DNA of 63,996 nucleotides, the filler included, from Basidiobolus ranarum (taxonomy: Eukaryota): NCBI GenBank assembly GCA_040143965.1. It is 15 parts of 15 records of this genome, joined end to end, with 100 filler letters (N's around TTAATTAATTAA, not from the genome) between each part and the next. Parts side by side here need not be neighbours in the genome. Positions count along the whole stretch, not along the records: positions 8,586 to 12,775 come from JASJQH010002077.1; positions 12,876 to 17,065 come from JASJQH010002078.1; positions 17,166 to 21,351 come from JASJQH010002079.1; 12 more parts are not named here. The stretch is one strand, 5' to 3'. Position numbers and translations under genes: made by a program. A model generated the notes under the pieces. The model saw nothing but the letters and a program-made list of their open reading frames with translations. It was not told the DNA's origin and did not search any database. Shown here piece after piece: positions 9,846 through 21,451 of the stretch (position 1 is its first letter; every line of letters starts with the position of its first letter).

Positions 9846-12800
9846 AGCAACTCCCAAAATATTTCAACACTAAGAACAATAAATATGTGAGCAAGATATA
9901 AGAATATTCAGGTGCTTGGACTCAATGTTTTGTCAGGCATCAATACAGTGTGCAGAAACCCTCAGTCTGTGACTTACAAGTAGTTACACTCTGGATTTTA
10001 CAAATCTATTGTTATGTTGAATATCTAACGTTCTACAAAAGTGGAAGTGAGAATTTAAGAGAGCTTTGGATGGGTTTGAAAATATTGGCAGTTCCAAGAT
10101 ATTGAAATGGATGTTGTGATTTTCACATGACTATTTGATAGATTCATGGTTGGCTTGCTACATATGCTATATATATATATAGAGATGTAGTTCAGTTATA
10201 AGGAAAGTATTGACCTTCATGAAATTAATATAAGAATACTGATATCTTTCCTGTCCTTAACGGTTGCCATCATTTAGTGGTGCATGGTTTGCCAAGAAAA
10301 TGTAGTATGTGCAATGATATAATCATGAAGGATAGAGTTGAGATGTAACAATGTTTAGTTGGATGAAAATGCGAATCCAACACTTAAATTATGGGAAATC
10401 ATCAACTCCCAATCAGTCTTTAGCTTTGATCAATACGTACATTATTGAATTATGGTGTTTCTATTTCATACATAACTCCACTAATCCCACGGTTCGACTA
10501 AGTGATACTGTTTCATCGGATTGAAAATGGAGATTGGAGGCTCGTTGAAAGAATAAAGAGAAGAACCAGCGGGGTGAGTGGAATGCTATATAACTTACTT
10601 CATCATATATAGTCACTCAATAGCTACCCGAATACATCCAAACTGGCGCTTATAAATGAGTCGAGGTAATTCCAATGTGGGTATTAGCAATCTCATGGAA
10701 ATGTTGGTTATTTAAGCGTATTTTGAAGAGCTTTCATGCAAAATACCTACATAGCGAGTTGCGCGAGAAAAGACTGGGATATACTAACCCCTCAAACCTA
10801 GGGAAATGATTGTTGAATGCGAAATGGCACTTTATTATTGTATCGGATGAATGCATATAATCTACTTGATTGATTGCACTCAACCCAAGTTAAGCTAAAG
10901 AACCAGGTCCACTTTCGCCAAAATAAGCACGAAACAAAAGCGTACTGTATAGATATAGAAACTACTGAGAAAGTGAGATATTGAATTCCTTTTACTGGGT
11001 TCAAAATGTAATGGGACTTGCCAAAGTTAAGAACTCAAACCTCCTCATCTCCACTAAGAAGTGGTGGTTTTTTCGTATTCCAAACAATCAATCAAGGAAT
11101 TGAAATTCAATCCAATCCAAGACTCCATCAGGATCGAAATCCTTGGATCCACATATTTGGCAAGTGTTGAGCTTCAAGTCAAGACTAGACCCCTGAGTAT
11201 TGAAAGCTTTTACTCAATTCCTTTTTGTGGATTGAACAATTACATTAAATTTTAGATTACACGGATTGGAATATTCCTTCTTGCGATCAAGATTAATTTA
11301 TTAATGGAATTGGCCTTCGTGCAAATTCATTGGCAGTAGAACTATTTCCTCCTATCTAAAGAGCCCTCATCGTGGCCAGACAAGTGTTATGTTGTTGTTA
11401 CAAAAGCAGTAAAGGAGGGAGCTATTGATTGGCTTATTGTACATATTTACTTATCGAATACCCTGTTGTGTATAGCAAATCCCTTAATGGTTCATTATCG
11501 ATGGCTTACAAACGAATCATTTATCCCAATGTTGTTGCAGATTTAGTGGGTAGACCAAGGCCAGAGTTGTCACTCCCAGTAAATCCTGGTATTCACAGTT
11601 TTTCCTGCTGAAACAGTGGAATTTCAATCCATACATACATATTCATGGGCTCTCTGGTTCAAACTAATAGACATTGGAGGCCCTCTTTAATCTGATACCT
11701 TTAGGTTGACATCGTCATAGCTCCCTATCAGAACAACACGAATGTGGGAGGATCATCAGTACTTTCAACTCACTGACTGCGATCTGTGAAGTGCTTCATT
11801 CTCAGAGGTTAATGCTGGATCGGGCCATCTACTGGCTCTCAGCATAAGAGGAGTCAAGGATGACTGGATGGAAATGCTGGTACATACAAGGAATGAAGCA
11901 CAGTGGATAGTCAAGTACCGATCTATACACCCATTACAACAAGATGGAAGTAAGAGATGGTGAGTCTCTTTTCATCAATATGAATCATGTTAGACTACTC
12001 TCTAGACAATTGCTCTTTCCTATTCAGTGAAAATTGATTCCTTCTTTATGATTGCTTGATCAAATATCCAATCGTCAATCCTCAGAGTATATGTTTCGAT
12101 TGGATTAAAAATACTAGCCCCCCCAGAACATGCCGCGATTCATCCGTCCCAGCATGTTCTGTCTCCACTAAAATGACCAGTTCCAATAGTGTTTTCCATT
12201 CATCTCTAGTTAATGGTAAAGCGTGGAAAAATTCATCTCAGTGTCTAGCTCCGGTTTACTCGGGCTGAACACAATCAATGGTCCCCTTACTCTACAAAGC
12301 TCTCATTTTCAACTTTTCTCCTGCACAAGCCACTCAATAGTGTCATAATGGACTAAAAGAGATGATTTCCCGAATTTTCCGTTCTAACCGTCTTAAAGTC
12401 GCTTACCTGTTTAAATTCAGGTTCCATTGGAAATTTAAGTGACTCTATGTGTTCCGTATTTATAGCATGTGCATACTAAATTGGTGCTTTGATGTTATTG
12501 ATACAGTATGTGATCTATTCAAGAATCGTCCCCATGTACTTGGCTACGTCTAGGGGAAGAGAGTAGAGTCACTATTAGTGAGCAATGTTGGGCGTAAGGA
12601 TGAATTTACTCATGCTGTAAACGCTCGATTGATGCATACTAAATGGGTGCATTAACATTACTACATCGTTTCTCTTCACTTTCATATGAAATAGTTGGAG
12701 ATGCCTGGATCTTGTAATCGGAGGCTTTGTAGTGGCATGGCTTTCAAATCCATATACGTAGGGGTGATTCTGGTTNNNNNNNNNNNNNNNNNNNNNNNNN

Positions 12801-12875
12801 NNNNNNNNNNNNNNNNNNNTTAATTAATTAANNNNNNNNNNNNNNNNNNNNNNNNNNNNNNNNNNNNNNNNNNNN

Positions 12876-13272
12876 CTCCTGCCCTCCGTGGGTGTTGTAG
12901 CCGTCTCTCAGGCTCCCTCTTCTGAATCGAACTCTAATTCCCCGTAACCAGTCAAAATCATCAAAGTTGATAGGATAGAGATTTGAATAACTATTGTTAA
13001 GATAAATACGATTCGAAAAGCAATTATGAGCTATTTAAAAGATGGTTGCCTACGTTGGTTTTGTACCTAATGAATTCATACCCTCCAGAAGTCGGAGTTT
13101 TTAATATGTACTAGAATTACCACGGTTATCCAAGTAGTAAGGTACTATCTAATAAACTACAACCGATTCAATGAGCCATTAGCAGTTTCACAGTACAACT
13201 TTGTTTATACTTGGACATGCATGGTTTAATCTTCGAGACCAACATATGACTACTGACAGGATCAACTAAGTA
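12876..13272 (-). pseudogene. Degenerate 18S rRNA 5' fragment (rDNA pseudogene)
   Basis: Reverse complement reads TACTTAGTTGATCCTGTCAGTAGTCATATG...CATGCATGTC...GGATAACCGTGGTAATTCTAG...GAGGGAGCCTGAGAGACGGCTAC. It has substitutions in universally conserved positions and internal deletions. Confidence 0.92.
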
Positions 13273-15284
13273 ACTATTATAATACTCTTTTGTTGCGTGG
13301 TCCCATTCTCCAGATGTTTACAATCCGTCTGTCCACGGTTCGCGTTGAGTGTTGTTTACTCAATCTGTCGATTTTACTCTTCAGATGAAGATTTCGTCAA
13401 ATCGCAAGCTTAGTCGCCGAAGCTCCTAATATGATGCTTTTGATCTGCCAGCATCTGATTCTTTGGCCGAGTTTTTTTGAATTCTTTTAGGAGTGGAGAC
13501 GTTAAATGTTCGGACTTTTCGTTTGGTTTGAGTTCCTCATCTAGCAAACTGCCGGAAGCATATCGCCACCCGAGTCTCCTCAAGAGCCGTTTTTAATTAG
13601 TAATAATCATCGAGATTTAGTACGCTAGTACCCTCTATCGTAGACTACACGGAATGAGGTTGTGAGCTATATTTTCTCATACATGTGCTAGCTGAACGGG
13701 GAGGATAGTCAGTAAGTACTTCTTGCCAAGTGCTAGCTCTCTAGAGACACTGACTATGGTTCACGTCCAAAAACACTGCTCTTTCAATTTTGTTTCAAAA
13801 GTGTCTTGAATACACTACATCGGTATCCACTGTAAATACTTTGACTAAACTACTTTTAGGATATCTGCAGGCCTATATTCGAATGATCTTGACGGACTGA
13901 ACAGCGACATGGATATTTTATATGGGTTTTGCCAGGAAGTTATTGCCAAGTCGTATAAAGCTTGTAATCAAGACAAAACCTACGCACAATATTTCTAGGG
14001 TATTCCACCAAGATAATAAATAGGGAGGTTAAGCATGAATACACTGAAAATGCGCCAATATTTCGAATACAAGCCCAAAGGTCTAAATCTTGGACCGGAT
14101 CATTGCCCGCAAATTTTCATTCCGCTATTTGTGTTATCCAGTCTCTTAGCGCCATTTTTAGTAGCATATCATATTTGGATCGATACCATTTTTATCGAAA
14201 TGAGAAACATACGTGTCCACGGCAAAACAACCTCTGGTTACTGAGCACGAGGTTGTTTGAATTGATTTCCATATGCATTGAACTAGGAGCTAGATTACCT
14301 CAATTTCACTGTCACACAGGTGCATCTGACGATGGCCGGAGACAGATATTACAGGATATCAACCGGTTGGTTCCAATTTAGGTTGCTTGATGATAACACA
14401 AATCGATGGAATTGTCATTGAATCATCTAGACTCCAAAAGATCGCTGCGTGAGTTCCTTCTCTTCCTTTTAAGCTATGCCTGACGCCCTTGTCAATTTGT
14501 TGCTAAACAGCATTTCTTATGACCGAGGCTTTCGATCTCAGCCCAAGATTCCTAATATTTTGATTTATTCCGTGTAGGTGTTAGTTGGTGCCTGTCGAGC
14601 CCATGCCCAATCATGGCTGTTGAATGCGGCTCAACCCATGTATGAACTCGCTTCACCCTATAGGGATTCTCACTACTTGGATTACGACTTGCATATATGG
14701 ATTTAAGGCCTGCAACTTCATTTTTTATTAGTCTTAATGAAAGAACTAATTAACTCCACATCAAAAGAGTAATCCATTGTAAATTAGCCTTTTTTTCACC
14801 TTAATGAGTAAATAGATATCCAATGTATATCCCTAAAATAGTAAATCTCCTGACCGATAGGTTGAAAATCATCGACTTGATTTGGATGTTTTGATCCCTA
14901 GCGCATTCACGGGATTGAAAACTCAATTTGCGTGGTTTTATGGGTATTTAGAATGTATAGATGGTATCTCCATTCCCTAAAAGACCACTACTACCTCATT
15001 TTGCCAACTAACTGCCATAGATTTTGACAAGTGGCCAGTCTTACAAAGAAATTCTTTAGATTTAGTCGAGTGTTTGACTCTCTGCCCGCTATCCGTTTAA
15101 CTCGTGTTGCATACTCTCTTTCACAAGCATTTCTAATTTAAAACGCGCTCAAGCTATATCCCTCCACTACCTGTCAGTATAATTCAGCCTTTTCTTCTCT
15201 CATATTCTTCAATAGCTTCTTTTCCACTAAGTTTCCCCCACCACTTTTATTAATTCCTTCTGAAAAATCTAACCTATAGTTACC

Positions 15285-16477
15285 ATGAGAATCATTCCTG
15301 TACCTGTCCTAGAGGATAATTACGCATATTTGATCATAGATGATAAAACCGGGGAAGGTGAAATATGTAATTGGCATTCTACTCTATGGTGCAACGCCCT
15401 AAACATTTTTCAATTCCATATCCTTTATCAAAAGCCATCGCTGTTGATCCAGCGGAGCCGTCCAAAGTTCTTCAAGCAGCTGCACAGGCTGGTGTCAATA
15501 TAAAAGGCATATTCACCACTCATCACCATTGGTAATATTGTACTACTCCGCCGTTTCAAGTTGTTCAAGTTTAACATTTCATTTACTATAGGGACCACGC
15601 TGGCGGAAATGTGGAGCTACTGACAATCAAACCTGGCCTTTTAGTGTATGGCGCTGATGCTCGTATACCGCAAATCAATTATGTAGTGAAAAATAATGAG
15701 GAATTTCAGGTTGACTTTATCTTAAGTTGACCTCATAATACTCGTATAATTTTACCCATATGATTATTACATAGGTCGGATCTCTTACTGTAAAAGGATT
15801 CCTTACCATTGGACACACCAAAGGTAGTGTGTCATACTACGTTCAAGACGGAAACGAAAGGGCAGTATTTACTGGAGACACTTTATTTGTTGGTAGGTAT
15901 AAATTGTAATACTTTATATCCAATCTGAACCCTATTCTAAAACTTTATCTACAGCAGGTTGCGGGAAGTTCTTTGAGGGAACGGCTGAAGACATGTACAA
16001 CTCCTTGTATAATGTTTTGGCCTCTCTACCTCCCGAGACCAAAGTTTATTGTGGTCACGAATATACCCGGGCGAACCTTCGCGTAACTTTCTAATTTAAT
16101 TCTTTGGCATATTAGAGATTTTATTTTAATCTAATATATATGGCTTTGATAGTTTGCACTCTCTATAGAACCCAACAACACCGCACTGATGGTAAGGATA
16201 GTTTTTATCTTGGAGTCTTTTGATTCAGTTTTAACATATTTATAGAATAAGGTCGCATGGTGTCAATCTAGTATCATTACGGTCCCAAGCACCATCGGTG
16301 AAGAAATGTTATATAACCCTTTTATGCGGGTTCAGTAAGTATTCAATTATAAATGTGATGGTCATATATCTATCTAATTGTTTATGTAGTGAGCCAACGA
16401 TTCAGCAACATGTTGGAACTAATAATCCGATTGATGTGATATCCACTTTACGGGAGTTGAAGAATTCCTTTCAGTAA
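15285..16477 (+). CDS. GLO2: Hydroxyacylglutathione hydrolase (glyoxalase II), 8 exons
   Basis: Spliced translation [17 protein letters not shown]...VDPAEP...TTHHHWDHAGGN...GHT...[17 protein letters not shown]...YCGHEYT...[16 protein letters not shown]...LRELKNSFQ*. Seven GT-AG introns. Confidence 0.97.
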
Positions 16478-16954
16478 ATAACATCGGTCAAAAACGTGAA
16501 TTCTTTCATATGTATGTTTCCATTAACAGCTACATGTAATGCCCAGATTTTTTTCCTGATTTTAATTCGGTTAATATGACAACCAGTCCATCATGATCAC
16601 ACTTTGTTTGAGGCCAAGTTTATACCATGGTTTGAAAGATGGCTTTCTGTTTCCAACTTGGTATCATCTCAACTTGTTGATTTCATATAAAGTCATTTAG
16701 AGTTATTAGATATTTATTCCTCCAGACAAGACATGGTTTGAATTCCATTTTTTATTACTGATTCACATTTAATTACTTGTCTGTAAATTAAAAGTTTAAA
16801 TCTTCATTATTCTGGTGGATCATGCCTGAGAACAATACATTTAAATTGTAGTTCAGGAAATTTCTCATAGTGATACAAGCCAGGTTTATATATTCCTGAA
16901 GTAATCAACTTCCCTCCTGTTACTTAAAACAGAATACTCTTATTAGGATGTTTG

Positions 16955-17065
16955 TGTTAAAGTATTTGGGAGCCTGTTGGAAGTGGTTTGGAGAATTAGA
17001 GGAATTGGTGGTTTTCACTTATTGAGTTATTGAGTAGAAAGTTGACATTTATAGTTTTGTCAAGA
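16955..17065 (-). repeat. LTR family B, partial (contig end)
   Basis: Near-identical to 21207-21317. Confidence 0.88.
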
Positions 17066-17589
17066 NNNNNNNNNNNNNNNNNNNNNNNNNNNNNNNNNNN
17101 NNNNNNNNNTTAATTAATTAANNNNNNNNNNNNNNNNNNNNNNNNNNNNNNNNNNNNNNNNNNNNTGACTTCTCTGAAGCTATTAGGATCCTGTTGTGGA
17201 TGCATGTAGCTTCCAAAAGTAAATTTTCAATAACGATTTGCATCGAGTTATTTTGCACTTAAAGGGTAAATACACAGGAGTGTGTCACTATATGGAAGCG
17301 ATTAGCCAATGAGTAAAATATCACTTGCCATCTACCCTACTCGAATGCAAGTAATGACACGACTCGCATAGTAAGAAAGCGCCAGTGTCGTAAGTAGTTT
17401 ATACTATTCAATTACTGAAGCTAGCCATCATCCAACAAATCTTATTATCTCTTTCTTTACATTTGGCTATAGTTCTTTAGCTTCACCCAGTGTCAAACAG
17501 CATAGTCAACGTTTACCTGGCAAGTGTGTGATAAAGAGAGAAACATCATTTATTGTATGGATAACTGATTGCTAAACACGTAATTGACA

Positions 17590-18006
17590 TTAAAGAGTAC
17601 AAGTGTGGTTAGTATAACGTGCGTGTGGAATGGGAGCAAAGATAGAGTTTGATGTATCAGCAGAAGTGTGACTTTGGCGTTGCATGTTTAGGATATGAGA
17701 ATTGTCCAGTGGTGGCGCTGCGTGGAATGATGTTGGATATGTTGGTAGTATCGGCTTCTTTTCCTCCACGTATTTGGACTTTTCATCAGGATAGATGGAG
17801 CTTCGGCTACTTTTGCTACGATATTCCTGGTAGCTTAGCATTATGATTACAAGAACAACCGATACAATTATAAACAATATTAGGTGGGCGGATAGCGCAC
17901 TATAGGTTTCGATAAACTCGGACCACTCTTTAGAGATCAGCTCTGGACTTACGATGCTAGAACAAGGAGAATGGTCTTCCGCTGTGTTAGTGATGTCGAT
18001 TCTCAT
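17590..18006 (-). CDS. Small single-pass membrane protein of unknown function (138 aa)
   Basis: ATG-started ORF with a hydrophobic helix LILFIIVSVVLVIIML followed by a basic/Ser-rich tail. CpGs retained. TATAAAAG ~90 nt upstream (18097-18104). Confidence 0.55.
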   Translation of the reverse strand: MRIDITNTAEDHSPCSSIVSPELISKEWSEFIETYSALSAHLILFIIVSVVLVIIMLSYQEYRSKSSRSSIYPDEKSKYVEEKKPILPTYPTSFHAAPPLDNSHILNMQRQSHTSADTSNSIFAPIPHARYTNHTCTL

Positions 18007-19479
18007 TTTTCTATTTCTTTATCGGAGGCAATAATGAAGCAATAGGTAGTGTGTAGATTATTTACAAGATAGGTTGGTAATTATGTCAACTACCCACTTT
18101 TATATGTCTAGTGATGTTGCATGCAGCTAAAGTGCTCAACCATTGGGCCATGGAAGAGTAACCCCCCGATTCGTAGTTTGACCTTTTACTGATCCTAATG
18201 CTTAATCCACTTTCAGTAATTGGTCAGATTGTCAAATGAAATGGCTTGAAGCTTAATAGTTGAGTGACGTGTTTAGCCAATTGATATTCCACAACTTGGC
18301 TTGGAATGCACCATCAAGACAGTCAAATCAGACTGGTGGATAGTCACAACGATGGTTCATCTTGCCCAACCAAGAACTCGGTGATAAGGAATTCCGATTT
18401 CTGGTTCGTATTTTTAGTCAGTAGCAGGTGATCTTTCGGCGGCAGGTATATGGCTAGCAATGAGCTTTACCACTGATTATCATGATATGTAGAGCCGACG
18501 TATGAGACTAAAATGAAACAAACATTTCTTTTGGGAAGTGGACATAAATATTACCGCACATGATGCAACCCGATCTTAATGTATGCTAGCAGGTTGGCAT
18601 TCGTGCCTAAGCACTCGGCATCAGAAATATTGCTGAATATCTAATCTAGGGATACACAGGTGCTCTTTGGTAACCAAAGGACCCTCAACGAATCATGTAA
18701 CAGCTCTTATACCATATCCAGTGCTTGATGACGTCGTACCAAAATGGTGTAATAATTCGCAGTTCATCCTTTGGGGACGGACTCCCAGAATCGTTGATGA
18801 TGTACCTGTTAGTGTATGAGGAATCCCGTTGCTCATTAGCGACCTCACATACAGCAAGCAGCAGCATTAAATGGTCAAAGTGAGTTGGCCCATATGCACT
18901 CATCTCAAAGCTTTTACTTTACTTACTCATAGACTATCCGCATATACAGTGTTTTAATCTAAAATGAGAGGAATTAAACAAATCAATTAGATATTTCATA
19001 AAATCAATGGGACGATCGCAAAAAATTGGAGATAAGCTCAGACACCTGGCAAAAGAAACTTACTCTGTATCAAATGTTTAGTGTTGCGATTACAACACAG
19101 AATTATTTGCTTTTTTCCTTTTTATAAAATACATATCAATACGGAGTCACTTTGAGTAAATTATCAAGCAGTGTGTAGTAGTCAATTGTAAAAACTGAGA
19201 ATTGAATTTCGCCTCAATCCCAATAGTATCCAGGTCAAGTAGTTCATACTCCGATCATCTACATCCGCTTCCAAAAGGAATACCTTTCTGGAACCAGGAA
19301 TATATTTGCAGAGGCGTTAGTAGCAATTGCTCAAGTGTCATGCTTGTGACCGAGGTTCCGTAACTAGGTCAACTTTACGAGAAGTGGATCTCGGGAAGGC
19401 TAGTAGTAGGTACAGGATGCAGTGTAGAAAGTTATAGCTCTACCGATGATTTTTGAGCATAACTATACGATAAGGCTTG

Positions 19480-19720
19480 AGAAGTACCTTGATATGCACG
19501 TAATAAGGAATTAACTAGCCTGATACCCAATATCTGAGAGTACAGTGTTCAGTTGTCTGATCACATACTCGGAGGGGAATACTTTGAAAGGTGACTGAAA
19601 TAACAGCTCATGGTCGGCACACTGACGAAGTGGTAAAACTTCTAATGTCAGTCTGAATACCAGCACCTCTATAGAACTGACCGTTAGCAACAAATATATT
19701 AGAACATTAGAATAGACTTG
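19480..19720 (-). pseudogene. Possible decayed tyrosine-recombinase fragment (DIRS/Ngaro/Crypton-like)
   Basis: Frameshifted pieces GQFYRGAGI and LLFQ...EYVIRQLNTVLSDIGYQAS loosely resemble the KTDQF.RG and pre-HSFR segments of YR domains. The catalytic H-x-x-R motif is not intact. Confidence 0.22.
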
Positions 19721-21151
19721 ATCTCCACTATAGCTTCCCACACTGATATGGTCCCTTAGTGGTTCGGCCAAATCTTCCTCAAGTATTGCAGTCATGCCAG
19801 CAAGCACAAGTTAGCTTAGACCATTTGGTTTTATCAAGACTTTACATTAGTTTTGGATTGTCAAGTAGTATATTGGAAGAGCAATATGTATTTCTTATTC
19901 TTATTCAGCTCATTAATAGGTTCAGGTCAAAAGGGTTGTACTCTGCAGGGTGATGTTAAGATAATTAAGGACTTGGGGAACGTGTGAAACTGGAGACAGT
20001 ACTAAAGATCGGAAATTCAGATTAATGTCTCTTTGGACGGATTTGAATCCCACTCATTCATTTAACATCCCAATGCTATTTTCTACTATTATCTGTATGT
20101 GTTTTTCATGTTTTTTTAGGTATTCCATACAATATAGTTATCACTTATTAAGAGTCAATCCAGCCTACTGTTCTAACATTACTAGCAAGACGTTACTGTA
20201 ATATACAGTAGCACTTTAATCAAATTAATTTTTTTGCATAATCAAATGGATCTCCTAAGTTTATGTGGTTTTTTCAAGTTACACATAATCGCTTAGAAGT
20301 GATTCAAAAATACTAACCATCTAGAATAAAGGTCCATTATCTCGTAAATTCAAGTCCAGTAGTCACCCAGTTTCACATACTGTCTTGAATACATTTAAGC
20401 AACAGTTCCTGAAGGTTGAGTATACTTATACTATCAATATTTATATGCAGTGATTGCGATATATCAGTTCGAAGCCCATATGCCCTCTATAACTCAAATT
20501 TTGAATGATCTCACCACTTGTGCTACCTCTATTGAATAGTTGACTTAACATATAATCATTCACATGTGTCTTGTCATACTCTCTCTCAAAAATTCAGCAT
20601 TACCAAGAAAACCAGTTCTTTCTTATTCAATGGTTTATCAACGAGTGATATGGCAAGACTCATGTCTATCTCTCGGAGAAAAGAATTTGAGATATATTTC
20701 AGTCTAGTCAAGAAAAATTTAAAATGCTAACTCACAAAGACTACTATTACAGATACCACTATTAGTAATGATAAAGTATTAAATCCAATTAATGGAGTTG
20801 CAGTGAATCAATATTTCCATCAAGAAGACAGGCAGGCTAAAAAAAGTTAGAAAGATCAAACTGAAAGATGGGCATAGAGAGCTTGGATGAGCTTTCTTCC
20901 ATAGTACCACAGATAGAATGAAGACAAATGGAAACAGCAAGTATATACTCACAAGACTAAAATTAACAGAATTTGTCCCTGTCATATTTGCCTTATCTTG
21001 GATGATAGAAATCATACCATCACAAGCAAAGTAACCATTAGAGCAGTGGAGCTTGATAGGGGAAGTATTACTATATGCGGCTATATTGAGATGAAATACA
21101 CCTTTTTAGTTAACATGTTGTGACCCTGGAGAATAAATGACTGCTTATTTG

Positions 21152-21351
21152 TGCTGAAATTAGCATTGCCTAAACACCTATATAGTCATATATATAGCTT
21201 AGTATGTGTTAAAGTATTTGGGAGCCTGTTGGAAGTGGTTTGGAGAATTAGAGGAATTGGTGGTTTTCACTTATTGACTTATTGAGTATTCAGTTGACAT
21301 TTATAGTTTTGTCAAGATGTAAACAAACTAACATGTAGAATGTGTTAAGGA
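21152..21351. repeat. LTR family B: a sense start (21152-21205) interrupted by an antisense copy (21207-21351)
   Basis: TGCTGAAATTAGCATTGCCTAAACACC matches the LTR-B start at 26321(-). It is followed directly by TGTTAAAGTATTTGGG. Confidence 0.8.
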
Positions 21352-21451
21352 NNNNNNNNNNNNNNNNNNNNNNNNNNNNNNNNNNNNNNNNNNNNTTAAT
21401 TAATTAANNNNNNNNNNNNNNNNNNNNNNNNNNNNNNNNNNNNNNNNNNNN

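Noticed and set aside
13905-14381. Possible Pcl/Pho80 cyclin-like relic (FCQEVIAKS, ISYLDRY)
   Set aside because: The motif matches are too short and discontinuous, and no coherent spliced frame exists.
14675-14720. Resemblance to the reverse complement of a bacterial/mitochondrial SSU rRNA 5' segment (CGACTTGCAT...AGGCCTGC)
   Set aside because: Only about 10+8 matching bases, and the flanks do not extend the match.
18290-18903. ABCG-transporter-like words TIVVTIHQ and FDHLMLL on the minus strand
   Set aside because: They occur in the wrong order and ~500 nt apart, with no Walker motifs; likely chance.
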